This document shows positions 14,901 through 28,485 of a stretch of DNA of 64,000 nucleotides, piece by piece. The stretch comes from Lingula anatina (lineage: Eukaryota; Animalia; Brachiopoda): positions 434,001 through 498,000 of the forward strand of contig CM120649.1 in assembly GCA_051362555.1 (NCBI GenBank), written 5' to 3'. Position 1 is the stretch's first letter, and each line of letters opens with the position of its first letter. The notes beneath the pieces are model-generated. The model was given only the letters and a program-made list of their open reading frames with translations, ran no database searches and was not told the origin of the DNA. Both the position numbers and the translations under genes were made by a program.

Positions 14901-15979
14901 AGATCCACAATCACAAATTTTCCTCAGTCATCTTTCTTTATCCCCTAAACAATTAAAATGAATTTTTAAAAAATTATTAAAAAATAATAATAAGAGGAAT
15001 GAAAGATCTTTTGGTTACATTGATTATCACATTAGCCAGATTAATTTATGTTTATTCATTTTTATTGTTTATGTAATTATGTAGATTGTCTTATTCTTTG
15101 TACATATTGCAATGTTTTAATGTTTTACCGCTTGTTCATGCCACAGTTTTCTGAAATATAGGTATATTCTTCTGACATATCAATACATCATTTTGTTGCC
15201 CGTACTATTTTCAATGTAATATTTCACACCCAAACATGTTTCATTGCTGTTTTACCTGATGATTTTCACTCTTTTCATTTAACAAGGTATCTTATATCTG
15301 GCATTTTGAAAACCCATCTCTGCAGTGACCTAGAATTACTTGAAATTTTCCGGGATCTCAAGTTGAAGTCGACCTCAACTAATGCCTGTCAAGCTGCATC
15401 ATTGGAGTTGCTACTTTGGCTAAACTTTCTCTCTCATTTAAACAAGAACCATGCAGTCTTCTTTTGATATGTTGAAACCTACAGGAATGTTGTTATTTAA
15501 TATTTAAATGCTGTTTAGTTCATGATATGCTGATAACGCTGATTAAAAAACATTACGCCTGAAAAGGGATTTGTAATGAAATCTGATCATTATTATATTA
15601 CCTTACTAGGAGTAAATGCTGTTTTAATACTTATTAATAAATTTTAAGTTTGGTTATATTAGGTATACCTGAAGATTTTCTTTGGTTCTTGGTATTTTGG
15701 TGAATATGGTATTTTATATGCATACACTGTATGTGTCATTGTATGTCCTGATCAAGTCTGTGTCATATCTGGTGTTGTCATTGTTTGACGCATCTGTCTG
15801 TCACTCTGCTTTGCTGTTCAGTTGATTTAATCCTAAAAACTACATATTTTATTGCTGTTATTGGGAATTCAACAAATCCACACAAAAACTCCAAAGATTA
15901 AGGTTTCATAGGGTTGTTATCATTAATGTTTTTTTTTTTTTATACCATGCTTAATTATAAACATTGTTTGTTTTCCCAG

Positions 15980-17354
15980 GATGCCATTGCCCTGTTGGAA
16001 CCAATGACAAACGACCCAGTCAACTATGTCCGCCAGGGGGCGCTCATCGCCAGTGCCATGGTGCTGATTCAGCAGAACGAAGTCACCAGTTCTAAGGTAG
16101 CACACACTTATACTTATAAAGTCTTTGCCTATGCCATAAGAGGTTGTTTTCATCCTCTTTGCTTTGATGTTATTAGGCTTATATATGATACTAGACAGAC
16201 TTTAAATAGAAAAGGAAATCAGAATGAAATATTATCAATTTCAGCTATTTTGCTATATCCTTGTTGATGTTAACTGACTGGTATTAAATCTGAAGCAGCT
16301 GTGCTGCATTAAGACAAGAAAAAAAACAGCTTCAACAATAAATCCAGTCAGCCAGAAATAAAACCGTGTTCCAGCGTGTGCCGTTAACACGTTCACCAAA
16401 TCAGACATGACATTGAGACGTCTCAGAGAGTGTGTTATAGGCAGGAAACACAGACTTAATGGTATCCTTCATCCAGCCTCTCCTGACATTAGCTTACTGC
16501 CTCATACAACACTTCAGCAGTCTTTTCCTCCACTGATGGTCTTCATAGCTCACTTATTTTACTATGAAATGCATGTACCACACACCCAAGGTGTGGAGAG
16601 AGAGAGAGAGAGAGAGAGAGAAAAGAAACTAAAAGATTTCTTTTTTTAATATTACAGTATTATTATTTTATTGTAGAATTTTTTTTTTTTTTTTTTTGGG
16701 GGGGGGGGGGGGTTTCTCAACTCTCTTGCCAATCTAACCACATTACTTTTATTACCATGGGTTTAGTTGTTGGAGGCAGAGAGGCCTCTTTGTGGACATT
16801 TTACTGTATGGAGATACAACGCGTGCTTTTATATTACATTTTAGATCAGAGAATATGAAGTCCAGTTGCATATCTTCTTTTTTCTGTCTTTCTCTTTTTA
16901 AAAATGAAATCCAGCCATATTAATTTCCGCATATCTGTTGCCACACATCTAGTCTGATTAAACTGCTTGTGAATAACATACCTTCATTGTTAGCAGAATA
17001 TTTTTATTCATCCAGTTGTAGTTTCAAACAATTAATGGATGGAAAATTAAACCACATACAGGACAACAGCATCCAGGTGATGTGGGCTTATTTCAATGTT
17101 AGCCTTGTTTTTTTCTTCATTGTTTACTTGCATGTTACATGTATTTGTCGTAATCTCTGTCGATAATTTCACAGGTGAAATCGTTCAGAGAACTGTACGC
17201 CAAGGTGATTGCTGATAAACATGAAGACATTATGGCCAAGTTTGGAGCCATCACTGCCCAGGGGATTATTGACGCAGGTAATTATACAATTGTAACAGGA
17301 GAAGTAATGATTGCATTGGAATTGATCTGAGTTTTATTTATTTAATAATAATAT

Positions 17355-17385
<31 letters not shown>

Positions 17386-17547
17386 GGGGGGGGGGGGGGG
17401 GGGGGCGGGTATCTTTACCACAATCATGGAGAAATTTTCTTTCCTTTTTTTTCCCCAAGATATTCACAGACATCTCTCTGGCTAATTCGGTACACATTTC
17501 TGTTTGCTTGCATAAAGAACTTTTAAAAAAGTACACACACATACACG

Positions 17548-17635
<88 letters not shown>

Positions 17636-20600
17636 TAGATATAGATAGATAGATAGATTTATCTTTGTTGATCCATCTTCCATTTTTGACCGTCTTCCGA
17701 CAGAAAAAATTAGAGACCCGTCAATGTAAATTTGACAAAGACCCAGAAGACGCCCTAAATCCGCCCCTGTAGATAGATAAGTGTTATCCCCCACCTTGCT
17801 TCTGGCAAGGGAGGGGGAAGCACAACAAAAAAAAATCATTTGCCTCTTTCTACCTGACAAATATAAAATAGTTGATGAGGACAATTTTACTTTAATGTAT
17901 AAGCCACAGTCCTGAATTTAACAAAATACTTGATCTAGTCTTGTTTCACTTATTTTATTTTATTTATTTTTTTTTTTTTTGGGGGGGGGGGGAGGAATGT
18001 ACCTGCCCCTCTGTGCCCACCTTACCTTCCTATGGGTGACAACACATTAACTGAACTGATACATTGAACTGGTCAGCCTCAGTCTCTGTATTGTTTGTCA
18101 GGATTATTATCAACCTATTAATAGCCTCTGTGTTAATTGTTTTATTGTGTGAGAGAGACTGGATGAGTTGTACCTGAATACAAAGATCTTGGTATTGCCC
18201 TGGGGTTATTAGCACCTACTGACTCTGGTGACTAGAGTCAAGGACACAGGTAATGATTTCCAGGTGGAGGTCTATACTTGGTCTCTTGTCCACTGATGAC
18301 AAGGAAGTGAAAAAAAAATTGAAGAGTAAATTTTTTGATCAGGGATATAATGAAGGATTGAAACATCGTGTCTTACAGGACTGGCTGGGAAAATGTTTAA
18401 TCTCTTAATTAGGAAGTAATTTGCTTTTCAGTCATATAATAATAAGTAGAAAAAGAAGAAACTATGGCCTGTGTATATACATGATCTTTGCATGGCACTT
18501 TGTTCAAGAACTGTTAAAAAACTAATAGTATCAATGTATACACTGTAGGTTGACTGCAGCAACTAGAAGAATGAGTCTAGAACAGTTTTGTAACCCTAAA
18601 ATTTACAAACAAGCACAATCTTGAGATAGTTTCAGTAAGTTTTGGACTTCATTGAGCTTGTGTGGTAAAAATAAAACTAGACACAAAATAGTGTACTCAC
18701 AACCTTGAAATTGTTACACTTTGTGGCAAGTTAAAATTAAATCGGCATTTCCAAAACCAACTAGAAACACACTATGTGGAAAATGATCTTAAAACAATTT
18801 CTCCTGGCTTTGGGCTTAATCAAATCAGCATTTCAAAACTCAACTAGAAACAAAATATTAATTGGATTTCCATGTTGAGGTAACGAGTTATGATCAGGTG
18901 CACATGCACTCGCGCGTATGTGATGTAACCTCTCTTGGAAAGGCACCTGACCTTTTCTTCCTTGGGGAATAGATTGTTTCTTTTATGTTAATATTGTTGT
19001 ACTTTTCCTATTTTTGGGTGTGAGAATTTTCTTCATTTTGGTATGAAATAAAGTTAAGACAGTTCCAAGTTTTTGTGTTTAAAGATATTATAGGAATGAG
19101 TAACATGTTTGCTTTGAGAGAAGTGAGGGGTGAGTCCTCCTTGCAGAACACAGTCCTCACTTTATTTCATACTAAAATATAATTCCCTTTGTATTGAAGG
19201 CAAGACATTTTTCAGTCTTTTCAAGAAATTCAGAGTTTGACTCCCACCAAGGTCCTTTGCAAAAATACCTCAATTTACATGTAACATGTTGACATTTTCA
19301 GAACTTCTGACTTAAAAATACTTTCTCTTTTCTGTGGAAGTTTTAATTAACCAATGTTCCATTTTAATTTTCATTAAAACGCAAAATATATTGAAAAACT
19401 GTGGCTTATATTATGGAGAAATTTGTTCTGACAGTTAGATTGTTCATTAATATCATGCTTCCTATCAGTTTGGAATCATATAGATCAAAAGTTAGATTTG
19501 TTAACCAAAGTTGACAAAAAAAAATGATGAGGTTTATATAAAGGTTTATGTTCATGTAATATTAAAAAGAAACAAAACCCAACTCTCTGTAGATTTTTTT
19601 CCTTTTCTTTATCAAATGGTTTGCAAAGTTATGGTTGATTGTCTTTTAGTAAAATTGTTTCTTTTTACTGTAGAAAAGTTAAAGAAAAAAAGGCAAAACT
19701 TATCTGAGAAATTCAAATCTGAAAATAACCTTTCTTTTTGTGTGCATAGACTGGAGTTTGAACTTGTTAATATTCCTATCTGTACAATACCTTATAAAGT
19801 GTCAGTAAAAATCCAAAACTTACCCAGAACTTTCAAACTTTTCCACCATTGAAGTTATGGCTAACTTCTTTACTACCAGCCATCAAAATCCAGAATAATT
19901 TCAGGGACTAAAACACTGAAACCCCCATGCAGACTGTAAACAGAAAATAAAGTTTGGAAATGCTCATACACTTCACTCCAGATTCTGACTAAAATGACTT
20001 GGCTGTTTGTGATCTGTAAACAGAAAGAAAAGGTCAAGTCAAATTTACATACCTGTGTAATCAACTGTTACATCATCAACTGTACACAAGTTGGGAGATG
20101 TTCTTTCATCTGTACTTGCCCGTAGATCTACACTTAATTGACAGGTTGTGTTTGTGAGAGAAGAGAGGTGAGAGCCTGTGGGCGTCTTCACATGGGGTCA
20201 GTTATGAACCGAGCTTATTTCCCTGGTGTAAGCAGATGTTGGCATTCTAGTTGAGTCGGTATTAAATTGTAATATTTCCTATCTGTAAGCATGTCTATAT
20301 TTTCCCATACACATTGCCCTTAGTTTGTGTTTAAGTGTTTATCTAATATTATATTAAAATTTTTAAATGGATAATCATATGACTTTTAGGCTCGTAGCCA
20401 GAAAATTCAAAAGGAGGATTCTTTTTCTGAAAAAGACATTTTACCATAAAACAATCTTGTACCTAAATAAAAATTTACCCAGAGTGAATCTTTTCCTGAC
20501 AAAAAGGGCATTTCGTTTGAACGCCTCACCCCCACCCCCCAAGTTACGGGCCTAACTTTCTACAATGCAACAACAAATAATACCTCTCAAATAGAGCTAT

Positions 20601-23600
20601 GAAATTACATGTGGACAGATTAAACCCATTGAACATCATATATTTAAATACCTAATTGTATAATCAATTTGTTTCTTTGCTGATGCAGGTATAACTTTTT
20701 ATAACTGGAGGAATGTATTTTTTTCATATGACCTCATATCTAATGCATAGGGAAAGTTAGTCTTATTTAAGACAATCTACAGTAGAGCCAGGTTGAATGG
20801 GCCTGGTGTTTAGTGACAGATCTTAGCCTGATAACCCAGTCCAAAGTGGTTCTTGTCTGAACAGGCTGTTGTGACAGACCATTGCTTGAAACAGAGAGGA
20901 ATTTGTTTAGAGAAATTTGGACCAAGAGGGTACTGTGCCTAAAGTTTGGTTGCCTAGATAGGGTCTTGTTTAGCAAATAATGAATGATTGTAGATGCCAG
21001 TTATGGATGAACTCTTACTTAGGGCTATTACCCCCAGTGGGGGGAAGGAAGCTTATAAGATCCCTCCATTTGTCTGGGTGCTGAACTTTTGTCTTAAGAT
21101 GTCTGCAACTTTAGCCAAGTCTCTTGCAATCTGCCTCTAGGCCATGGATTTTGTTTGTGTTCAGTTGCAGAACATTCAACAATGATTATTTCTTATTATG
21201 CATGTTATACATTTAATATTGTATACAGTGTCTTGGACCTCATTCCCATAAATTTTAGATAGATCTATCCCTGTGGGGAGTCTCACTAGATTACTGTCAG
21301 CTTAGCCGGCTTAAGCGTCTGTCCCGCCTACTAAAAGCTGTAAGGGGGTAATTAACTATGGTGCGCGCTCGGCTGACTGCAATTTAGCGTGAACCACCAG
21401 GGAGTTAGGTCGATCTAAATCTAAATCTCTGGATTGATTTAAATCCCTGGGAATGCACCCTTAGTTTCCAGTATCTCACAGTTTCAGGGGCGTGTCATTT
21501 TTCAAATTGATGTTCTTGGTGTTTGACAAATATGTAAATGTTAATATTCCAGCTGTAAATATTTCTTGTTGATTGTAATTAATTGGGTATAACAGTCTCA
21601 TGTAAAAGTTCCAGCCTTTGCCTCTCTCTAAGCACATACTTTCTACCAAAGGTGTTTTCTTTGGCTGTGAAACTTTTTGACTGAAGTTTTTGTAACAAAT
21701 TTGATAAACTCTCACAATAATGGATAAGTTGTGTAACACAACTGTCTAATTTATTGCGTTTTCTATTATTCTGAAACTGGCAGAATATTGGTCAGGGTTT
21801 TGCAGTTTATATTAAGTGTTAACAACAAGTTGCCTCCCCAGAAATATTATTGTTTTGTTTGGGTAGTAAGATTTTATTTACCTTGAAAGATACAAGTGCA
21901 ATGTACAAATATGTCATGGCATTCATGGTAAAGTTTATGCTCCCCCCCCCCCCCAAAAAAAAAAAAATAAAATAAGTAAGTGAATAAAAAGTGAATTTGA
22001 AATTTAAGTTCCTGAATCAGCCACTCTCTTACCCCCTCCCCCTGTATCTGTAAAGTAACTATACCTGTAAGCTTAAACATTCTTATGTCTTCACCTGTGA
22101 CCCTCTCAGAGCTTAACATACTTCTCCAAAGCTGACACATTGAAGAAAAATCAAGAAATGCCATCAAACTTGAAGACTTTGGAAGTAAACATGCCAGTTA
22201 AGATCCATCATGTACTTGTGACCTGTTTATTTCAATGAGATGACCATGGGTAGTATATGCTGAGTTAAGTACAAAATAAAATGAAGAAATTCCTGGCATG
22301 AAATGCTGGGAAAATTCCTGGCAATAACAGGCTTTAGGATACACAGGTCAGGTTAACAGGAAAACATCTGCGGGGCGTGTCTGTTTTTTTTTTTTTTTTC
22401 CCCCTTGGATCTACTGACCTTAAGTAACGTGGGCTGAGGGTGATCAACATTGAGCTAATGTTGCCTGGGTAGAATTCTGGGAAATTTCCTGGAAAAATTG
22501 ACAACACGTGTGGAATACTGCATGCAGCATAAACTGAGCATGTCTTTTTTACTTCTGAATTTCATGAACAAAATTGAGAGCAAAACTTAGTAAGAATTAA
22601 GGATATATCATACAGTGTGATTGTGCATGTGTGTGTGTATTGAATGAATAACTGAGCTTATTTTCTCCCTAAATACTTGGAAACAACCTAAGTATATACA
22701 CGTCAACTCTGTTCCTTATAAAGAGTCCAGTTAGATAATAAAATTGTGTCACTCTTCTACTTCAGGAGGCCGTAATGTGACCATGTCGCTGCAGAGTCGT
22801 ACTGGTCACACTAACATGTCTGCGGTGGTGGGATTCCTGGTGTTCCAACAGTTCTGGTACTGGTTCCCGTTGACCCACTTCTTGGCCCTGGCCTTCACCC
22901 CTACTGCCATCATTGGACTGAACAAAGACCTTAAGGTGGGTTGGTGGTATGGGGGGTGGTCACTCTACACATGTGGAGACTACCTCATCATCTAGAATTG
23001 ATATTTTGCTTACTGTTTTTATGATTGATAGGAGTATAAGATTCGATTTGTATAAATTATGCTATGATTTTGTTGTAGTTGCTGTTATTTTTCTTCTTTT
23101 ATTATTATTGATAGAAATAGTAAAATAATGAAATATAATTTTGATGAAAAATGAAAAAAATATTACAGTATACATGTATATGTAGAAGCATTAAAAATTT
23201 ATGACACATGGGCACTAGCTGCATGAAAACTCTTTCAATGACAGTTGAAAGTTAGAAAAGATGGGTACAACAGAACCAGCTTTTGTAACTTAATTCTTTT
23301 GAAAAGAAGCATCCAGATTTATTTTCACCATTTTTTTGGTATACTTCAGATGCCCAAGTGCCAGTTCCGCAGTAATGCCAAGCCATCAACCTACGCCTAC
23401 CCTCCGCCACTAGAGGAGAAGAAAGACAAGAAGGGGGAGAAAGTCGAGACAGCCGTACTCAGTATCACAGCCAAACAGAAGAAGAAAGAAGCTGATAAGA
23501 AGAAAGAAGAAGGAGGGGAGAAAATGGAGGTGGTACGTGTAGACATCCTAAATGTGGTACTTGATTTCTGAAAAATTTAAAATTCAAGCCGTAAAATGGA

Positions 23601-26600
23601 AAGAACTCTATTATGTATGTACAGATCTTTCAGTTTGATTTCCAGTTAACATTTTCTAGCCTTTGTGCCATATTTGTTGCATTTTATTAAATTAAAAGCA
23701 TGAATTGGTGAAATTTTTTAACTGTAATTGCCTTTTGATGCATCAAGGATGAAGAAAAGACAGATGAAGCTGAGAAGAAAGAAGACAAGAAGGAAGTGAA
23801 GAAAGGTTGGTGATGGCTGGTGACTCAGTCACTGCTCTTCCATGTTCAGGATGACATTAAGCTGTTGACTTGGGCAAATTTTCTGTAGATTCCCTCATAA
23901 AGTTGACTATAACAGTGATCCTAATAGCAAGCCTAGAAAAAGTTTAACCATAATGACCTCAAACCTATCTAGGTTTATTGTATTTAAGCCAAAGCAGAGA
24001 TGTAGTGGCACTGTAAAATTTTATTTTAAAAAATAAATACATTTTAACACTGACCTTATTTTTTATATAAATGTATTAAATATTATAATAATTGAAAGCA
24101 ATTTAAACTTTTACAGTTACAGAGCAAATTCAAAGTCTCTACTTATTAATTAGCATTTTAAATTATTGGATAAAACTGGGTTAGGGTTTTATTAACCGGT
24201 ATAATACTAATGCTTTTTAGAAAAAGAAGAAAAGAAAGAGGAAGCTGAAGAGAAAGAAAAGGAAGAAAAAAAGAAAGAAGAGCCAGCCTTTGAAATGTTG
24301 GACAACCCAGCCAGAGTGATGAGAGCTCAGGTAAATTGTGGAATATGAAAGGTGATAAATCAGGTTTGACCTCAGTTAAAGTACCCAGGAATTTTGTGTT
24401 TTTTACTTGAGTTCTGAAGGCAGCCTTAGACCTATGGTCAATAGGCATTGGTCACACAGCACAGGTAGGGGTCCAGAAATATTATCTGACCCTTAGACTA
24501 CTTAGTCCCCTATTCTGAATGGGGCCATATATGTACTAGTAACATGCTTGTATATATCCATACAAAATGTATTAGTAGTTAAAGTAGTTAAGATAATAGG
24601 TTATGTTCAGCACTGATGTACTTAATAAGATTACATAAATACTTCTTTTTAAAATATACATGAATGAATATTACATTAATATAAATAATGATAATTAAAT
24701 AATTTGTTCTTTCAGTTGCGAGTTGTCTCCCTACCAGAAGGTTCCAAATACAAGGGTTTGAAAGATGTAAGTAAATAGAGGTCACTTGTTAGAACCTGAG
24801 CAACTAGTTTTAAACAATTAATTAAGTCTTTTTGTAAAAATGGTGCTGTTGCCATCACCTTACTTCGATCATGGCTGGTATGTGTCATATGGCAAATGTT
24901 GAATAAGAATGTTACTAAGTCTGATAAGCTTGTTGGAAGCATCATGGTAGGATAACCAAAAAGTTCTGTTGTTGATGAATGTATTCCTTCAAAAATATGC
25001 TGGTGATTGAATATCAAATGATGGTCAAAAACTACCTGAGGAACATCTTCATCTCCAGTTCACATCAGGGGCTTTACTTTAATTGGTTACTTGCTGATTG
25101 AATCTTTAGACATTTTCTGTAGCACAACTTGGGAATTCAAATTCTGTGAGAGGGCGGAAGGGTAGCTGACCATAATTGTGATGTCGTGTAGTTATTTCCT
25201 TTGATATCAAAGTTAGTTCTGGTGTGAACTTGTCTAGATGTCTGATGTGTAAACAAATTCTCAATTTTTGGAAACTTGGAAGAGATTTTTGAAGAATGAT
25301 AAGTATGGAAAGAATTGCACTCCTAACAGTACATGTGCCACAAAAATTACACATGATGTGTTGATACTGCTTAATGAGAGTCACTGAAACACCTCTCACA
25401 TCTTTGCCAAAAAAGATTTCTTAATTTTGGTGTAAAGTACACAAGTTGTTACACATCTGAGGAATGCAGATACTGTGTTATTATGTTGACCTGTGACACC
25501 CAAGTCACCAATAAACCAGTCTCACTAAACTGATTTAACATAACCTTTAAGTATCTCGAAAAACAGATCAGATGGAGTTTAAGTTGCACTTTTAAAGTAA
25601 GTGTGATTTTATGCGCTGTTTAAGTTTTTTGGCCCGGTGTAACCTGTAGGTTCATGATTGAGTTATTTCATTTAGTTTGAAAAAACATAGCCTTCAAGTG
25701 TGCCAAAAGACAAATTGGGTATTTGTTCAGTTATAAATCAGAAAATATGCATTTGAATTTAAGTATCCGTACGTCTAAATCAGTGTCTGTAAGCTCATTA
25801 TGGAACAGTTGTGTCACTTCATTTGTTCAGTGACCGATAAGATGTTTGTTCAGGTACACATTAAAAGAGATTGAGCATGCATCTAAATATTTGCGTTCAA
25901 ATATAACTTAATAAAGAGTTGTGGGATCCAGCAAGTATAACTGTTTTTTTTTTTTTTTTCATCCCAAGGGGTCACGCAAGCAGCCATATTAGATTTTTTC
26001 ACGTCACCTCTAACCTAGCTGTGAACACATGGGTGAACAGTCTGCTTTGATTCAAGTTAACTTAACCTTTAAATAGCAGTGGAAATCCTTATCTAATGAT
26101 GCTCTAAGTGACCCTTTTAGGCATTAAGCATGTTAAAAGTGGGCAGAGTTGCAACAAAATGCATTTTCTTCATCAGAATGAGAATGATTTTTTCCAGAGG
26201 TTCTAATGATTGGACCACTTAAAACATTTTAAGTTAAAGCACTTTCTGTAATTGAGTGATATTAGGCATTAAATGGCCATGTTTTAAAATATTCAGACTG
26301 TAAAAATGAAGGTCTCATGTAGTGGAATGTACAGGAGACAAAGCTGACTCAAACCAGAATAAATCTGAATGACAGAAATATGAATTGAATGTTACCTTTA
26401 TGACTTATTTGTGCGTGTAAATGATTGAAAATGCCAGGGTAATTTTTATAATAGGACAAATCCATGACACACTGCCTCCCATTTTTACTCAGCATATACT
26501 AGTTCTTGTCTGCATGAGTATTATTGTGGATAATGAGCATTAGCGTTGATTGCTAGATGATGAAATTCAAAGTTACGTAATGATCTTTCTAGGTGTCTAA

Positions 26601-27027
26601 TGGCGGCATCATCATGTTAAGTAACAGCAAGCCTGGAGAAGATGAAGAACTTATAGAACATGTGGCTGGTAAGGAAATTGATAATAATAATAATAATAAA
26701 AATAAAATTGATAATAATAATAATTATAATAAAATTCATTAGTCTTTAACTCCATTTTGAAAGTGGATCAAAAAATTAAAAGCACACGATTAAAAATTTT
26801 GTTTATGGATCATAATTTTGTTTTTGATGTAGTAGACCTCAATTGTTGATCAAAAAAGCAAAATGTTTTGCTATATAAAGGTCTAATATTCATTGTGTGA
26901 CTTCAATGTCTGTGAAAAGAGCAACTGAAGATCATGTGTTGCTTCTGTTTCAGCTGGAGGGCCCAAGGTGGAGGAAGAGAGTGAACCAGAACCACCTGAG
27001 CCATTTGAGTGGCCAGAGGATATCTGA
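15980..27027 (+). CDS. PSMD1: 26S proteasome non-ATPase regulatory subunit 1 (Rpn2), 3' part; exons 15980-16096, 17175-17277, 22766-22935, 23350-23532, 23748-23805, 24221-24330, 24716-24766, 26593-26668, 26954-27027(stop)
   Basis: Phase-compatible AG/GT exons encode [102 protein letters not shown] and a terminal [12 protein letters not shown], all matching Rpn2/PSMD1. The 5' exons lie outside the window. Confidence 0.97.
17554..17657. repeat. Compound (AT)n/(AGAT)n microsatellite
   Basis: Directly visible. Confidence 0.95.
21236..21460. mobile_element. MITE, PIF/Harbinger-like, copy 2 (inverted relative to 1719-1933)
   Basis: Reverse-complement match to copy 1 (GGGGAGTCTCACTAGATTACTGTCAG, GTCCCGCCTACTA, GTAAGGGGGTAATTAACT, CCAGGGAGTTAGGTCGATCTA). 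Ends GGGAATGCACCC|TTA. Confidence 0.8.
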
Positions 27028-27220
27028 ATTATCCATCAGAATTATCCAGATCCATTTGAACGGCCTGAAGACATCTGAAGTACCCATCTGGATTATCTAG
27101 ATCACCAATATGGATTAATGAGAAACTAAATGTAGATTAATGTGAATTTTAATGTGACTGTCTCTCTGGTGGAGGGCTATACTGATGAAGATTTGAACTC
27201 GAGTTTTAAAAGCCACATGA

Positions 27221-27535
27221 AATAAAGATTGGCAATGTGGATAGGAATAAAACTGAATTTTTTTTCTTGGTGTAATTGATGTATATGAATATTGACACTT
27301 AAGAATTTTCTCAGTTAAGATGTTCATATGATCAGATATAGATGTCACGAAGCAGAAAAGAAAGAGGACAAGAAAGCTATGACTTTGATATGGATAGGGT
27401 TATGATGTGGTAGAAAGAAAACATGTTAGGTATAGTTACCATTGTCATTTATAGAAAACATGATTTTTTTCCATTTGAAAAGTTATCACTGTTTGAAAAC
27501 CTAATACTCTATAATGTACTATGTCTATAAATAAA
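27221..27535 (+). terminator. Candidate PSMD1 polyadenylation signals (AATAAA at ~27221, ~27246, ~27530)
   Basis: Canonical hexamers downstream of the PSMD1 stop. Which one is used cannot be determined from sequence. Confidence 0.45.
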
Positions 27536-27564
27536 AAATGTGTGAGTTCATCAGAGCATTGTTA

Positions 27565-27680
27565 TTTTTCATGTACAGACATATCCAGTATGGTGTCTAT
27601 ACATGATGACTGTCACCGGAGTTGGTCATTGTTATCTTCTGCTTCTTGTCTGTACATTTGACAGCTTTGCTGGCTCCTTT
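27565..27680 (+). mobile_element. Miniature copy of the HINE-like element (ends only)
   Basis: TTTTTCATGTACAGACA...TGTCTATACA...TGTCTGTACATTTGACAGCTTTGCTG shares both terminal motifs with 3787-8573. Confidence 0.7.
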
Positions 27681-28485
27681 TGAATATATTCTAGGATGAT
27701 TGTTTGCTGAGTCAGATATATTATCAAAAAATTCAGTGTGGACAAAAAAAAAAAAAAAATGAGCCACTCTCAATTCAAAATTCATCTGATTTAAAAATGT
27801 CTTTCAAATAAATGTGACTGAAAAAGTGCACGATTCCTATATCCTGCCATACATGTTTTTCACTTTTTTTCAAATCTATTGTAATATGGATTAAAAAAAT
27901 GTTTGACAGGGATGTGTAAAAATCTCAACAAAACTGAAAAATCTCCCAAGTAACCTGATCACCATACAGTGCAAAATGATGAGTAACAACATGCGTATAA
28001 ATGTTTTTCTTTTTCATGAAACATTACAAGATCATAAATAAATACATTTACATTAACAATTTTTTCTACTTGAGAAAATTACCATGTACAAGAATAGGGT
28101 GAGAATATATAATTAACTTGTCCAGTGCTCATTAATTAGTAGTACTCAGTATATCCATCCTCCTGTTCCATGCATATAGTAAACTATAATAATATAATAT
28201 ATACTGTATACAAGCTCACTATCTGCAGTGTTCAGACCACCACTTTTTTTCTTTTTGATTACGTTAAGTCAAGTACAGGTTAGTAAATTGCTCTTCACTT
28301 TGTGCAAAGTATTCAATCCATGGTCAGGGGCATTACTTTATTTGAAATCAGCACAGGTTGTCCATAAGGTGAATAAAACAGCTTATACATGTCACGCCCC
28401 TTTATATATCTGACATGATTTCAACATAAAATGATTTAGACTATAGATAAAATTACAACTTTTTAATTTGAAATGTAGGTCATGA

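Noticed and set aside
631-15900. 60-115 aa ORFs in the large PSMD1 intron, including those in the satellite
   Set aside because: Low-complexity, AT-driven composition with no domain motifs and no consistent splice chain. No GPCR-like exon was seen.
17342-17884. 180-aa ORF (and the similar ORFs at 42425-42689)
   Set aside because: Open only because they cross microsatellites and homopolymer runs.
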